Origin: Takakia lepidozioides
Taxonomy: Eukaryota > Plantae > Bryophyta
NCBI GenBank assembly: GCA_030704615.1
Contig: CM060734.1
Coordinates: forward strand, 34,224,001-34,288,000
Length of the DNA stretch: 64,000 bases
Direction: 5' to 3'
Numbering within the stretch: position 1 is the stretch's first letter; the number at the start of each line of letters is the position of its first letter. The notes under the pieces are model-generated. The model searched no databases. It saw only the letters and a list, made by a program, of their open reading frames with translations, and had not been told where the DNA came from. Of this stretch, positions 50,229 through 61,530 are shown piece after piece. The position numbers and the translations under genes are program-made.

Positions 50229-52202
50229 ATGGTGATTGCAGGATCTATCTGGCCGTTATGGGGGCAATTATCCGGTACGTCGAGGAGGCAGCAAGTCCTG
50301 AGCATGATAATTCGACTCACCATGCTTATATTCCTGGTGTCGCTGATCCTACCAAGCATCGTGAAGGCAACTTCCGAATTTCATGTGGATGTAAAGAGTG
50401 GAAGAATCGAAGATAGCAGCGGTAGAGAGCGCATTTTTCATGGCTTGAACGTGGTGATGAAGGGTTCACCGTGGCACCCACGTATCGATAGTTTCGATGC
50501 GCAGCTGTCCTTTGCAGATGCTGACATCGCCAATCTGCGGGGGTGGGGATTCACAGCGGTGCGCCTGGCTGTTATGTGGCCTGGAGTGGAGCCGCACCGC
50601 GGTCAAGTCAATCACACCTATCTCGCAATCATGCAGTCCATTGTACAGAAGCTCCACTCCGCCGGCATCTACACTCTCCTTGAGTTCCACCAGGATCTCT
50701 TCTCCTCCCAGTTCTGTGGGGAAGGTGTACCTGCATGGGTGATCAAAGACACACTCTTTGACTCGGATTTTGATAAGCACCTGCGAAAGGAAAAGATCGG
50801 TGATGGTATTCCCATTGGTAAACGGACTCACCATGACACGACTGTAGGACCAGCTTCACATCCCCATGGATTTGCTTCATCATTTGTACTACAACAGAAG
50901 AATTGGGCAGGAAAAATTATTAGAGATGTATGGCGAGTTAAGGACGCAATCGGGGGCTGGCTCTCTTCCCGAAGTTTCTTGGCAAAGAGAAATGAGTATC
51001 TGCCCTCGTTTCCCGAACCACTGAATACTAGATGGCCCTTGGACCTCGACAAAGAACGGAGCCGAGGGCAACCTTCAACTGAACAATGCAGCAAACACAC
51101 ATGGTTTTGGTACTATTTCTCTTATGCAGTGTCACGAGCCTTTCAAGATTTATATGAAAACAGGTGGGGTTGGGCAGATTTGTTAGCACGGTACTGGCAG
51201 ATAGTGGCAATGGCATTTCGGGACCAGCCTGGGGTGCTAGGGTACGAGCTGATGAACGAACCTTGGGCAGGGGACTTCTTTCACAATCCATTACTGATGC
51301 TCCCCGGTGTTGCAGATCGTCTGAATTTAGCTCCTTTTTATGAGAAACTGCAATCTGCGGTGCGCTCTGTGGACCCTGATAGTATCTTGTTCATAGAGAC
51401 AGTCACCTTTGAGGATGTGCGGTGCGGCTTTTCCACAATTCCAGGGGGAGCTCAGTTCCAGAATCGCACTGTGCTCAGCTACCACTACTATCGACCACCC
51501 AATTTGAGCCCGCGACAGGCATTTACAGAAAGGCTCCGCGAAAGCAAGAGGCTTGGGTGTGGGGCCATGCTTACAGAGTTCTTTGTTGCAAACAAAAACG
51601 ATAAAAGAAACCGCAATGCCAGGTCCTTCGACTCCAAAGAGATATGCAATGTCAAGCTGACATCTGCTTTCAGTGACAAGGTCGAACCGTGTAAAAAACA
51701 CTACAAGGTTCTGAGAAGGAGAGGAGAGGATAGAGATAGCGTGGATGAGGTGTTGGCAGCAGCCGATGCGCATGTGCAGTCATGGATAGGGTGGGAATAC
51801 AAGGCATTTTTCAACAAGACAGGGTCCATGGTGGACCAGTCCCTGTTCAACTCGGATGGGCATGTGAATTTGGTGCTTGCCCAGAAGCTGGCGCGCACGT
51901 ACCCACATGCCGTGTTGGGCAGGATTGTGTCTTTCTCCTTTCACCCTCCTACATCTGCCTTCTCTTTAGTCTACATTGCAGCAAATCGACAGGAAGCAGA
52001 TCAGACAGCAGTGAAGGAAGAGACCTGCACTGAGGTCTTTGTGCATCGCCCATTCTATTACCCATCTGGCCTAGACATCAAGGTAGATCGTGATTGTATC
52101 CTTGTGAGAGAAACAGAGAAAACCATTTTTTTCAGTCACTCACAGGCTTGTGTAGGATTAACTATTGATGTGAGAATATCCAAAAGGTTACAAAGTTCTT
52201 GA
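50229..52202 (+). CDS. Glycoside hydrolase family 5, endoglycoceramidase-like, likely secreted, intronless
   Basis: GRERIFHGLNVV, GFTAVRLAVMWPGVEP, EFHQD, acid/base GYELMNEP, LSYHYY, nucleophile MLTEF, WIGWEYK, C-terminal ARTYPHAVLG beta domain; hydrophobic signal-like segment from the ATG at 50304. Confidence 0.88.
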   Translation: MVIAGSIWPLWGQLSGTSRRQQVLSMIIRLTMLIFLVSLILPSIVKATSEFHVDVKSGRIEDSSGRERIFHGLNVVMKGSPWHPRIDSFDAQLSFADADIANLRGWGFTAVRLAVMWPGVEPHRGQVNHTYLAIMQSIVQKLHSAGIYTLLEFHQDLFSSQFCGEGVPAWVIKDTLFDSDFDKHLRKEKIGDGIPIGKRTHHDTTVGPASHPHGFASSFVLQQKNWAGKIIRDVWRVKDAIGGWLSSRSFLAKRNEYLPSFPEPLNTRWPLDLDKERSRGQPSTEQCSKHTWFWYYFSYAVSRAFQDLYENRWGWADLLARYWQIVAMAFRDQPGVLGYELMNEPWAGDFFHNPLLMLPGVADRLNLAPFYEKLQSAVRSVDPDSILFIETVTFEDVRCGFSTIPGGAQFQNRTVLSYHYYRPPNLSPRQAFTERLRESKRLGCGAMLTEFFVANKNDKRNRNARSFDSKEICNVKLTSAFSDKVEPCKKHYKVLRRRGEDRDSVDEVLAAADAHVQSWIGWEYKAFFNKTGSMVDQSLFNSDGHVNLVLAQKLARTYPHAVLGRIVSFSFHPPTSAFSLVYIAANRQEADQTAVKEETCTEVFVHRPFYYPSGLDIKVDRDCILVRETEKTIFFSHSQACVGLTIDVRISKRLQSS

Positions 52203-52935
52203 TTGTCTGGAAGGTTAAGGTTGTCCCGTGGATGAAATCTGCTGGTTCTTGAGGGACAGCTCTCCTCTGCCCAAGATTTTTCAAAGAAACCCTCTCTCTG
52301 GAATGTAATCTGTGGCTGTACAGCAGTTCCATAGTTGGCCTGTCCGGCCTAAGAGTGCACTAACAAGGGTTAGTGGCTGGGCACCAGACCCACTCATGTA
52401 CATAGCTTCCTGTAGGTGTTTTGCATTTGAGTGTACACCAAATGTGTTGAGGTTCTTTCTGAGCTTGTTTCACTCATGAGTGATGACAATCTCTTGTGGA
52501 TTGGCATGTTCAACGCTATTGCCATTCCACTAACACTATTAAATTCTTTAAGTGCCTTTCATCACCAGATTGGCTTCACAGCTGGAAGTAACACGTTGGT
52601 ATCTTCCATGACTCTGATTGCAACTTGAAGAATATTGCATGACACACAGACTTCTCCATGGCAGAGCTGGAATCCCATGGGAACATGAACTCATGGCCGA
52701 AGCTTCACTAGGAAGAACCAATCAGTACACCAACAATCTAATAGCTGCTTTAGATGATCACCAACTGCCATTTAAGTTATATGTTGTCAATCTCAAATGG
52801 GAACTATGATTGTAACAACAATGGATAGGCCTTATAATCAACAAAGAATTCTGAGACAGACAATTCTGGGTACAGTTTCAGGTCCAGATAACACTTCAAG
52901 GAAAGAGAAAGCGGAATTATAACGTACCCAAAAGA

Positions 52936-52975
52936 ATGTACTCATAAGACGTTTGCCGTAGCCTTGTGGCCATAT
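52936..52975 (-). mobile_element. About 40-bp extreme 5'-truncated LINE 3' end with TSD
   Basis: ATGTACTCATAAGACGTTTGCCGTAGCCTTGTGGCC flanked by direct repeat GTACCCAAAAGA (52924-52935, 52976-52987). Confidence 0.8.
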
Positions 52976-53529
52976 GTACCCAAAAGAGAGATATGCACAT
53001 TGGGCAGAGTGCATGGTCAGTTCTCAACAAGTAGTCAGACAAGAATCTACCACAGACCTCTAGGAATCCCTCTTTTTACTTCCGACCAGACGTGGAACTG
53101 CACCCCACGGACAAATTGGATACTATAAACATGTATATCTCGCTTTGTTGTCAGTGCCAGACCCCTCCTCCACCAACCACAGCACCTTCTGAGTTGAAGC
53201 TTGACTTCAATGGATCAGGAACAGCTGGCGATGGCGACACAAATTCACCAATGACTGCCTGCATTAATCAAAGATCAAAGAAATTAATTCATCATCCATG
53301 TACGAAGAAGACCAGGTTAAGCAACACTAATTAAGATAAGCTCAAGAACTCGGTAACACCACTCAAGAATTTCCTGTTCCCGTTATGCTGTTGAGATGGT
53401 TTTCCCAGAACAGAACGGGAAAACGGGAAACAGGGTGATTAATTAGGATGTTCCCAAGATCCTAACCTACAGCACATCTTTTGGCGTTCGCATAAAGTAA
53501 TTATCCGCTGAGTTGGATGGCGAAGACTT

Positions 53530-54203
53530 TAGAATCCATTGAGCACATGTCAGTGTGCTCTAGAACAGCTAACATGGCTGTTCGGGGAGAGTCTGGCATA
53601 CCATCGACTCTATTTCTTGTAAGCAATAGTCCTGTTAAACAGGCGTTGTGGCGAAAAAAGCTAAGAGGAGATTTCCAAGTACCTGATTATTAGGTAGGAA
53701 GAACTGACCCTGCTAGATGAAGCTGACTTGCATCCAAATAAAACAAAGCTAGGCCTAAAACGTCCCTGAACTTGTTTCCAGTTTGGGACATGGGTGACGA
53801 TCTGAAGGGCCGACCTACCCTCGGTACTAGACTGACATTTACACTCAGGGCGGGGAGTCTACCTTTGATTAATAAACAAATGCAGAGAGCAAAGGGAGAT
53901 TGTCATTGCCAAATGTGCAGTTGGCCTGAAGACAACATCCATTTTCTGATACAATGTCCGGGGCTTTTGAGGCTAATGGGGTCTAATTGCTGGGCAGCTC
54001 ACACACAGCAGATAGATGCTTGTGTAAGGGCTTTCTAGAGGAAATCTGGAAAGCCCCAACCAAATGTCATATCAAGCCAAGTCCCTACTGGAGTGATGTA
54101 GTGTCTGTTTGTCTGTTCCCTCTTGTTCCGCCCAAACTGGGCATGGGGTCTATGGCCACAAGGCTACAGCAAACAACATCTCATATGAGTACATTCTCTC
54201 TCC
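53530..54203 (+). mobile_element. Older decayed copy of the same LINE family
   Basis: ORF 53772 PTLGTRLTFTLRAGSLPL...CQMC..EDNIHFLIQCP; ends GGCCACAAGGCTACAGCAAACAACATCTCATATGAGTACATTCTCTCT. Confidence 0.8.
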
Positions 54204-54431
54204 CTCGAGTTCCTTCTTTCTGTCTCTGGCCTCTCATGAGCATAGTAAATTTCTCTCCTCCCTGTGGACGCAATAATTTCTTCTTCGTTCTGAATTCCTT
54301 TCTATCTTCGAGCTTTTTGTGCATGTCATAGAGTTCCTTGCTTTCAGGCGAACATGGAATGCAGCTCTATCTCCCTCTCTTGTAAGGGCATTGGGGAGGC
54401 TTAGGGTGGGCTCCCACAGTCTGCAGATAGA

Positions 54432-55736
54432 TTGTACTCATAAGACGTTGTTTGCTGTAGCCTTGTGGCCATTGACCCCGCGCCCAGTTTGAGCGGGAAC
54501 AAAAGGGACAGAACCTACCTCTGTCAGGGGCTGACGTTGGTAGTGACACTTACCTTGATATATAGAATTAATCCGGGTTTTCCAGATATCCTCTAGAAAT
54601 CCCTTCACACAAGCATCAATCTGCTGTGTGTGATTTGCCCAAAAACTAGGCCTCAGGAGGGCCTGGGCTTTTGGCTCAGCCTCGAGACTTTCAAAGTTGG
54701 TAAACAGGGGTACAGGCACAATTCCCTTGATAGATTTGAAGAGAGCGTCTCTTTGGTGAGAGAACCCTGGACAGTGTATTAGAAAATGAATACTGTCTTC
54801 AGATTGCCCACACAACGGGCAATTGCACTCTCCCTTTCCTCTCTGCTTCTGTTTGCTGTTCAAAGGTAGGCTTCCTGCCCTGAGTTTAAATTTCAGTCTA
54901 GTGCCGAGAGTGGGTAGACCCTTGAGGTCATCCAAGATGTCCTCCCCCATGTCACTGACTGGAAACAAGTTCAGGGAAGTTTTCTGCCTAACTTCATTTT
55001 CATCAGACAATCTCATGGCAACAGACATGGCTTCGGACACTACAGCCTCTAAGTCAGATTTATCCAGCAGGGTCAAGACTTGCGGATCCAGGTCCAGGTC
55101 CTTGAGAATCTCTTCTACTCTCTTCTGCCAGGACTTAGCCTGTTTGACAGGGCGGTCCTGTTTCCAAGATATAGAGTCGATTAACTTAGGATATCTGGTG
55201 TTGGGCATATGTTGCAGCTGACCCCACCATCTGACCTTGAATTCATCTCGTCGGGAGCTTAAGGACGGAATGCCAAACTCACCCCGAACAGCCACATTGG
55301 CTGTTTTGGAGCATGCTGACATACACTCCTTAAGCACCCCCACTTGAATGGATTCTAGAGACTTAGCCTGGTTGGAGTTATCAACCCATATAGCAGATCC
55401 GTACTCCAAGGCAGGTCTAATAACGCGGCAAAGCATGGTTTTCTTAACCTCAGAGTTGACCCCTCTGCAGTGGAAAAATTTAGTGAGCCCCAGAGCTTTG
55501 CCCTTGCCAGTTTAAACAACTTTCCGGATATGTGCATCCCAATTACAATTGGAGGAAAACTCAACGCCCAGGTAAGTGTAGGAAGGGAGGACCGGGATCT
55601 CTTGGCTACCCACTGCCACTTAAGATCACTTCCTCCCTCTCCTCTGTCGTTGAATGCTACCACTGCACATTTGCTGACATTAGCCTCTAGCCCCCAAAGA
55701 TCAAAGTATCTCTTCGCGCAATCAATCAACTCCTGT
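54432..55736 (-). mobile_element. 5'-truncated LINE (RT C-terminus plus CCHC zinc finger) with 13-bp TSD
   Basis: ORFs 55355..55864 and 54438..55436 (LEANVSKC, RPALEYGS, CPLC...HFLIHC); TSD GTCTGCAGATAGA at 54419-54431 and 55737-55749. Confidence 0.92.
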
Positions 55737-56099
55737 GTCTGCAGATAGAGACTGGGAGCTGGGACAATCTGCAATGTGAGGACCACCTGTGTCCCGCTTG
55801 CACTGAAAACAAAAAGGAGATCAAAAGTGAAGAACATTTCTTCTTTCACTGTCCTCTCTACCATGAGATCTGTGGGAGCTTCTATTGTCTATTCTGAGAT
55901 ACCCAATCTCTCACAGAGGTCTTCCATTGCAAGGATCAGAAATGCTCAGCAGCAAAACTGTATGAGGCGTTGACTTTTAGACAACCCTTGCACAACAGTT
56001 GCTTTTTGGGCTGCTTGTGGAGGGTCTCTCTCTTTCTTGTTGCATGCTTTTTCTTGTCAATAAGCTCTTTGAGATTTTCAAGGACGTTATAATGTATCA

Positions 56100-56830
56100 T
56101 TTCATATTGTTCCATTTCTTTCTCTCTCTCTCACTAGAGTGTTACCTTCTTCAGCACATCCACTGGCTACTCTCCATGTGCCCCAACAATAGAAAAGTGC
56201 AACCTCACAAATGGGACATCCTTTGCTATGAGAGATCTGTGAGGCTGCCTTACTGAGATTTCCATGCAGCCAGGACATTTGATGTTCCACAGAGTCTATG
56301 TTGTAAAGGCTGCTGCTTCCGTAAAATGTAAATTAGGTTGAGATCTCACTTGAGAAGATGGATACCTGTGGAAGACTTTTCTTCACAAAGGAGTGAATCC
56401 AGTCACCATTGGTTGACAAAATGGCGGCTGTCGGCTTCTCCAGACGTGCATTCAAGGCCTCAAAGTCAGGGTGCTCGCTTAAAAGGACGGCTCCATAATA
56501 AGCCACACATCTCTTGGTCTCTTTCGTCTGTAGCCATGCCCACAACTCCCCACTTAATCTGTTTCTCTCTCCTCTCTTAAGCATCTTGCAACTTCTGTTT
56601 AACTTCTACAGCAAGTCACTCTGTCCTTAGAATTTGCATGAAGCAAACAAATGGCACTAAATTCACACAAAAAGTCTTTCCACATACCAACATAAAGTTC
56701 AAAAGGATATCAACAGAGCAACCATATTTATGAAATGCCAAAAATCCTACACACCGCTCAGTTCTCTCAATTCCGTCTTGCAACACAGAATCAAGAGGAG
56801 CTCCTTCCAGCCTGAAACAGACCACAACCA
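56100..56830 (-). pseudogene. Decayed coding remnant, possibly the CENP-B/Tc5-type HTH region of a pogo-like transposase
   Basis: ELWAWLQ...STNGDWIHSFVKK weakly resembles the SxGWxxxFxKR HTH motif; multiple stops. Confidence 0.25.
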
Positions 56831-59800
56831 TACTTTTCTCTTAGCCATCATAAAATGTAGCCTATCTCCTCTCTACAAAACTGCATCTCTCCCTGCTCTC
56901 TTCAATACTTTCACTTGCCACTCTGCCAAGCATGTTAGAGACATTTATCTAACGGCGAAGCTGCACTTTATTTTATGTTCTCTCCTCTCAGAGAGAAAAC
57001 CTACCCTATGAGAATAACGTGACAAGCGGGGAAAGGAACCTATGCTCGATCTTTGAGCCCTCGTCCCATCTGCGGAAACACTGCAAATCGCAGAAATGTG
57101 GGACTGATACTCGTTTTCACTGGCATGATGCTGCAATCACGAATAGTTTCTGATTGAGTGCAGGGGGTACTGTTCCGCACGGGGGGACCTCTGCACAAGC
57201 GTCAAAATGACTGCCTCTGAACCTCTTCCGCTGATGCTCCGGTCAATTGCTACGTGGAAGTGGGAACCTAAAGGTAAGTTTTTCAACGAGGGTATGCAGA
57301 ACTACTGGATGGAGCCAGCATTCTGCAATGCTTTGGCCCCCAATCTGCTATCCTCTGGTATCCATACCCCTCTACAACCCACAACCCCACCTCACCCCCG
57401 ATTGCGCGGCTCTTACATGAGGGACTGAGCATTGGCTATAGCGAAGTACCACGCCTGCACCCAACCGCAACCCTCCCAAGTTACATATCTAGTTTTTCAA
57501 ATAATCGTGAATGCATTACAGAAATGACGGGGATAGAATGGGCTCAGCAAACTAATCAATCCAAGAGACTAAAATCCTCACTGCTTTCCTCAACATTCGC
57601 ATTGAGAACGGTGACCCTACACAGTGGCGAGACCCCCACACACAGACCTGAGGCTGTCCGCAAGTCGCATTGCTAGGGGCCGACTCGATGTCCTCAAAAT
57701 CATGCGAAGAAGAAAGTGATCTGACAGCAGCATGCCTTGGCGCCCTCCGTCGTAAAGGTGATGGCGTAACAAAATGCTCACAGAGCATTGCACTTCCGTC
57801 ATGGACAAGTAGGTTGCAACAGATTTGTCTGCATCTGGATGGATTGAGTGAGTTAAGCCCAGAAGATTGAAGGTGTAGGCTCCAATTTTTCTTCCCTCTC
57901 TCATAGATCTCTCCGAGTGCACACAGGTTCCAAGACTGAGAGTAGACCGGTTCTAAGGGTAAAACCATCATCTTTGATCTCAAATCTTCTAATTTATTCC
58001 TTGTTTCTCTGATTCCCAGTGGAGGCTACAATCTCAACAATGGTGGGTTGATTTCATCAATTTGGTGTAGAGAGTGACATTAGAGGTCGAACTTGGTAGG
58101 AGGTAGAGAGCGGGGGCCTGTGGGTAGGAGACAGATGAGAGGGCACCCAACATCCCTCAAGTGTTTATGAAGCCAGGGTGTGCGTGTGAGACAGACGAGC
58201 GAAGAAAGCGGGAGACTAGACCGGCCGGCCGTATCCTGTATGTAGACGGTATACCTTGAGTTATGTACAAAACACTACAGATACCCATACTAGTAGAAGG
58301 CTACTCCATTTGTCAATGATGGTATACTTTTCTACTGCCTCTCTCCTTATGGATGCTAGAACAGGCAAGCAATACAAAAGAAAGGGTGAGTGTATACCTT
58401 CTATCACATTTTGTGAGTTTTCTAGTTGCACCCAGTGTGATGCATACAAGTGCTATGGAGTATACCTCCCGTCATGCTTCTGTGCATGCCCCTGTTTCAA
58501 GAGGTGTTGCGTCCTTCTAAATCAGTCTTCTGGAGACCACTTGTAGACCCATAAAGTGAAGATTGAGTTCCACTTGGGAGCTGCCAATGGCTCCAACCCT
58601 TCACATCCGGTCACAAGAAAACTGTCCTGGAAAGCAGTTATCTTGGACCAGCGCCATTGTTGGTAAGGCAGACTGATTGCATTGCCAAGGCAGACTTCAA
58701 CACTCCACCAAGGGTTATGGCCATTCCGAACAAACGGGGTCTACCATTCCTGCAGGTGAGGGAGCTGGAGGGGGTTGGCAACAGCATTTGGCAAGTCTTC
58801 TTCTTCATCTCAGATGATTCACCCAAGAGAAAGTATGGTGCAGCATCCAACTTCAGAGTAATTGTGTTTTTTTCGCTCTGTAGAGGACTCTCAAACTGAG
58901 GAACCAGGGAGCATAATGGAGGTATTTGGCTCTTTTCCATGAAGAAAATATCCCAAGTGGCCGAGGGAGGCAGACCTCTTGGTGGTGAAAGGTACTAAGT
59001 GAGTGAAATTAGAGTGTCGCTGACCATCCAAATCACAATGTTACCTCCCCTGAGGTAATGCCAATAAAAAAAACTTAGGGAAATAATTAGAGAAAGCTGA
59101 GGATGTTGTTTAGACTAGACTATTCAGAGCATGTATTGAAGACAACTGTATCCCTCTTTCATAGGCACAGCATTTGAAATCTGATTTTCATTTTTGAAAA
59201 GACTCTTGCCTTATTTAGGCTGGACAAAAGGGTTAGTCTGTGGCAGTAAGACTACCTGCCTGGATGTAGTCTTCTTTGTCAGGGGAAAAGCAAGTTGGTC
59301 CTGGACACGTGTGGGACTTTCAGAGTTGCACTAGTCCTAGGAGAATTGATAGCATGACCAAGGAAAAATCCAGAGGCATTCTATTATGGTGAGTGGAAAG
59401 TTCTCACAGAAGCAAGCTTTGGACAAGTATTGTGCTGGCCTTCAACTGTAGCAGATTTCATTTGAATTTCATTATATTATTTAATTTCTTTGCAGTGGCA
59501 TCGAACTAGTGAAGCTGTCGATAACTCTTCATTTCTTTTCAACTCAAGGACCATATCAGTTCTAAGCTGTACCTTAGTCAATATACAGTCCATCCACTAC
59601 AGCTGCGATGTCCTTCAAGTGCAATCAAATAATAAGATTGGCTCAAGCACTATCTTGCTCCCATATTTCTCCCTACTTTGCCAACCTTTACCTTGTTCAA
59701 GTAGGCCCGGTTGCAAAGTGCTCCCAAATATAAAGAGGAGATCAGTGAAAAAATTGGACGACAACTATGTCGATATGGACTATATATATAGTGTTGGAAA

Positions 59801-60817
59801 TTAACGAGCTAATCTTGCTGACATACGCCCTGAACTCGCTGACTAATTCCCTCTACGACTGCCATCCATGCCTTAGATTACGGTGTGTCTTCTAGCTAAT
59901 CAGGCAGACGCCTTATCCAGTGCTTACGTGTATACCTTAGGATCACACGCTTAGCACCTTCTTTACGTAGACGAGGTTGGGAAGCATCCTCCCTAGAAAC
60001 TGTATATAATTCTTCCCTCCATCGGGGAAAAAGGGGCATATCAATACATTGGAAAATTTCCACATGGTCTCAAAGCTCAGCCTTGAGAGATCCTACAAGA
60101 CTTAGTTCTAATCTGAGTATCTTAGTTAGAGACTTCGTCCATTCCGTCCGCTTGTCAAGATGGCTTCTACAACGTCCTCTTTTGATGTCACGAAGGTTAC
60201 CTTTGGTGATAGTGACAAGCTGATCGGGGCTCGGAACTACCAAGTTTGGTCGTTCAAAGTTTGAGCAAATTTTGTGAGAGAAGGAGCTGTGGGAGATCGT
60301 TGATCCCGAGTCAGCCATCAACCTTCAGTGAACCAATCAAGGTTCTTGAGGAATGCTAATTCGTGAGTTTGTTCATGAGCTCACATGAGCCTCTGAGCTT
60401 GGCCAGGCTCACGTGAGCCTGGGAAAGGGGCCCCATAACTGCGGATATTACACCTATTTCCGTGCATTTCCGTGCATTCGCCTCTTGCCAATACTTTTCC
60501 CATGATTGAATGACAGCATTGGTCACAGTAACTTGTCAAGCCAAAAAAATAATAATCACAAAAACAAATTTCGTTGATAAAACCCAAGTTTGTGCTCACG
60601 TGAGTTCAATTTTGGACAAGAGCTTGAAAGGGAGAAACCAAAAATTAAATAATTAAATAAACCAAATTTGCTAACAAAACCCAAGTTTATGCTCACCTGA
60701 GTTCAACTTTGGACACTCTTAGCTAGGATGAATTACACTATCGAACAACGAGATACTACACATGTCACTTGGTGTCCTATTTATTTTGGATGTCATATTA
60801 CTTCGCCTTCATTGCCT

Positions 60818-61530
60818 CTTATGTGGGGGTTGACGCCCACATAATTCATGGACCTCCCGCAAGTCCTCCAATGACACAATAAAGCGGTTGACAACCAGCA
60901 TGTAGCCCAGTGGTAATGGGCACATACCACGTTAGATGTGGTTGTGGGTTCAAACCACCATCTGGTGTCATGAAGGTGCCCACCTTCCTGTTATAAGAGG
61001 TAAAAAATAAAAAAGAGTTGGACTTAAAATTTTATAAAATAAAAATAAAATAAAAAACGGTTTTATTTTTTATTTTTTATAAAATAATGTGAGGACTTAT
61101 GTGGGTGTTGACGCCCACATAATTCATGGACCTCCCACAAGTCCTCCAATTACTCCAAAAAACAAAAACAAAAACAAAAACAAAATTTCAAAAATAAAAA
61201 CAAATTCTACATCAAATGTGAAGCCCCACATAATTCGTGGACCTCCCGCAAGTTCTCCAACCCAAAATATTAAAGAAAAAACCCCAAATTTTCAAAATAA
61301 ATAATAATATAAAATATGAGGACTTATGTGGGTGTTGACGCCCACATAATTCGTGGACCTCCCGCAAGTCCTCCAATGACACAATTTTAAAAACAAATCT
61401 ATATTATTTCTGAAAAGAAAAAAGAAAAAAAAAAGAAAAAAAAGAAAAAACATAACATAACATAACATAACATAACATAACATAGCTTTGTGTGGTCTAC
61501 AAATAATGTGGTCGTCAATGCCCACATAAG
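60818..61530. repeat. Nested repeat of ~55-bp hairpin-containing units with (ACATA)n and A-rich tracts
   Basis: CTTATGTGGGTGTTGACGCCCACATAATTC(A/G)TGGACCTCCC-type units at 60818, 61097, 61323 and an inverted partial unit ending 61530. Confidence 0.7.
60894..61015 (+). mobile_element. tRNA-derived SINE-like sequence or tRNA pseudogene
   Basis: A-box TAGCCCAGTGG (60903), B-box GGTTCAAACC (60947), ACCAG/CTGGT acceptor-like stem, A-rich tail; anticodon arm not canonical. Confidence 0.55.

Noticed and set aside
57552-58940. Short minus-strand ORFs that might be gene remnants
   Set aside because: No recognisable domain or consistent exon chain
60894-60970. Functional tRNA gene
   Set aside because: Anticodon arm and acceptor stem are not canonical and it lies inside nested repeats; kept only as SINE-like
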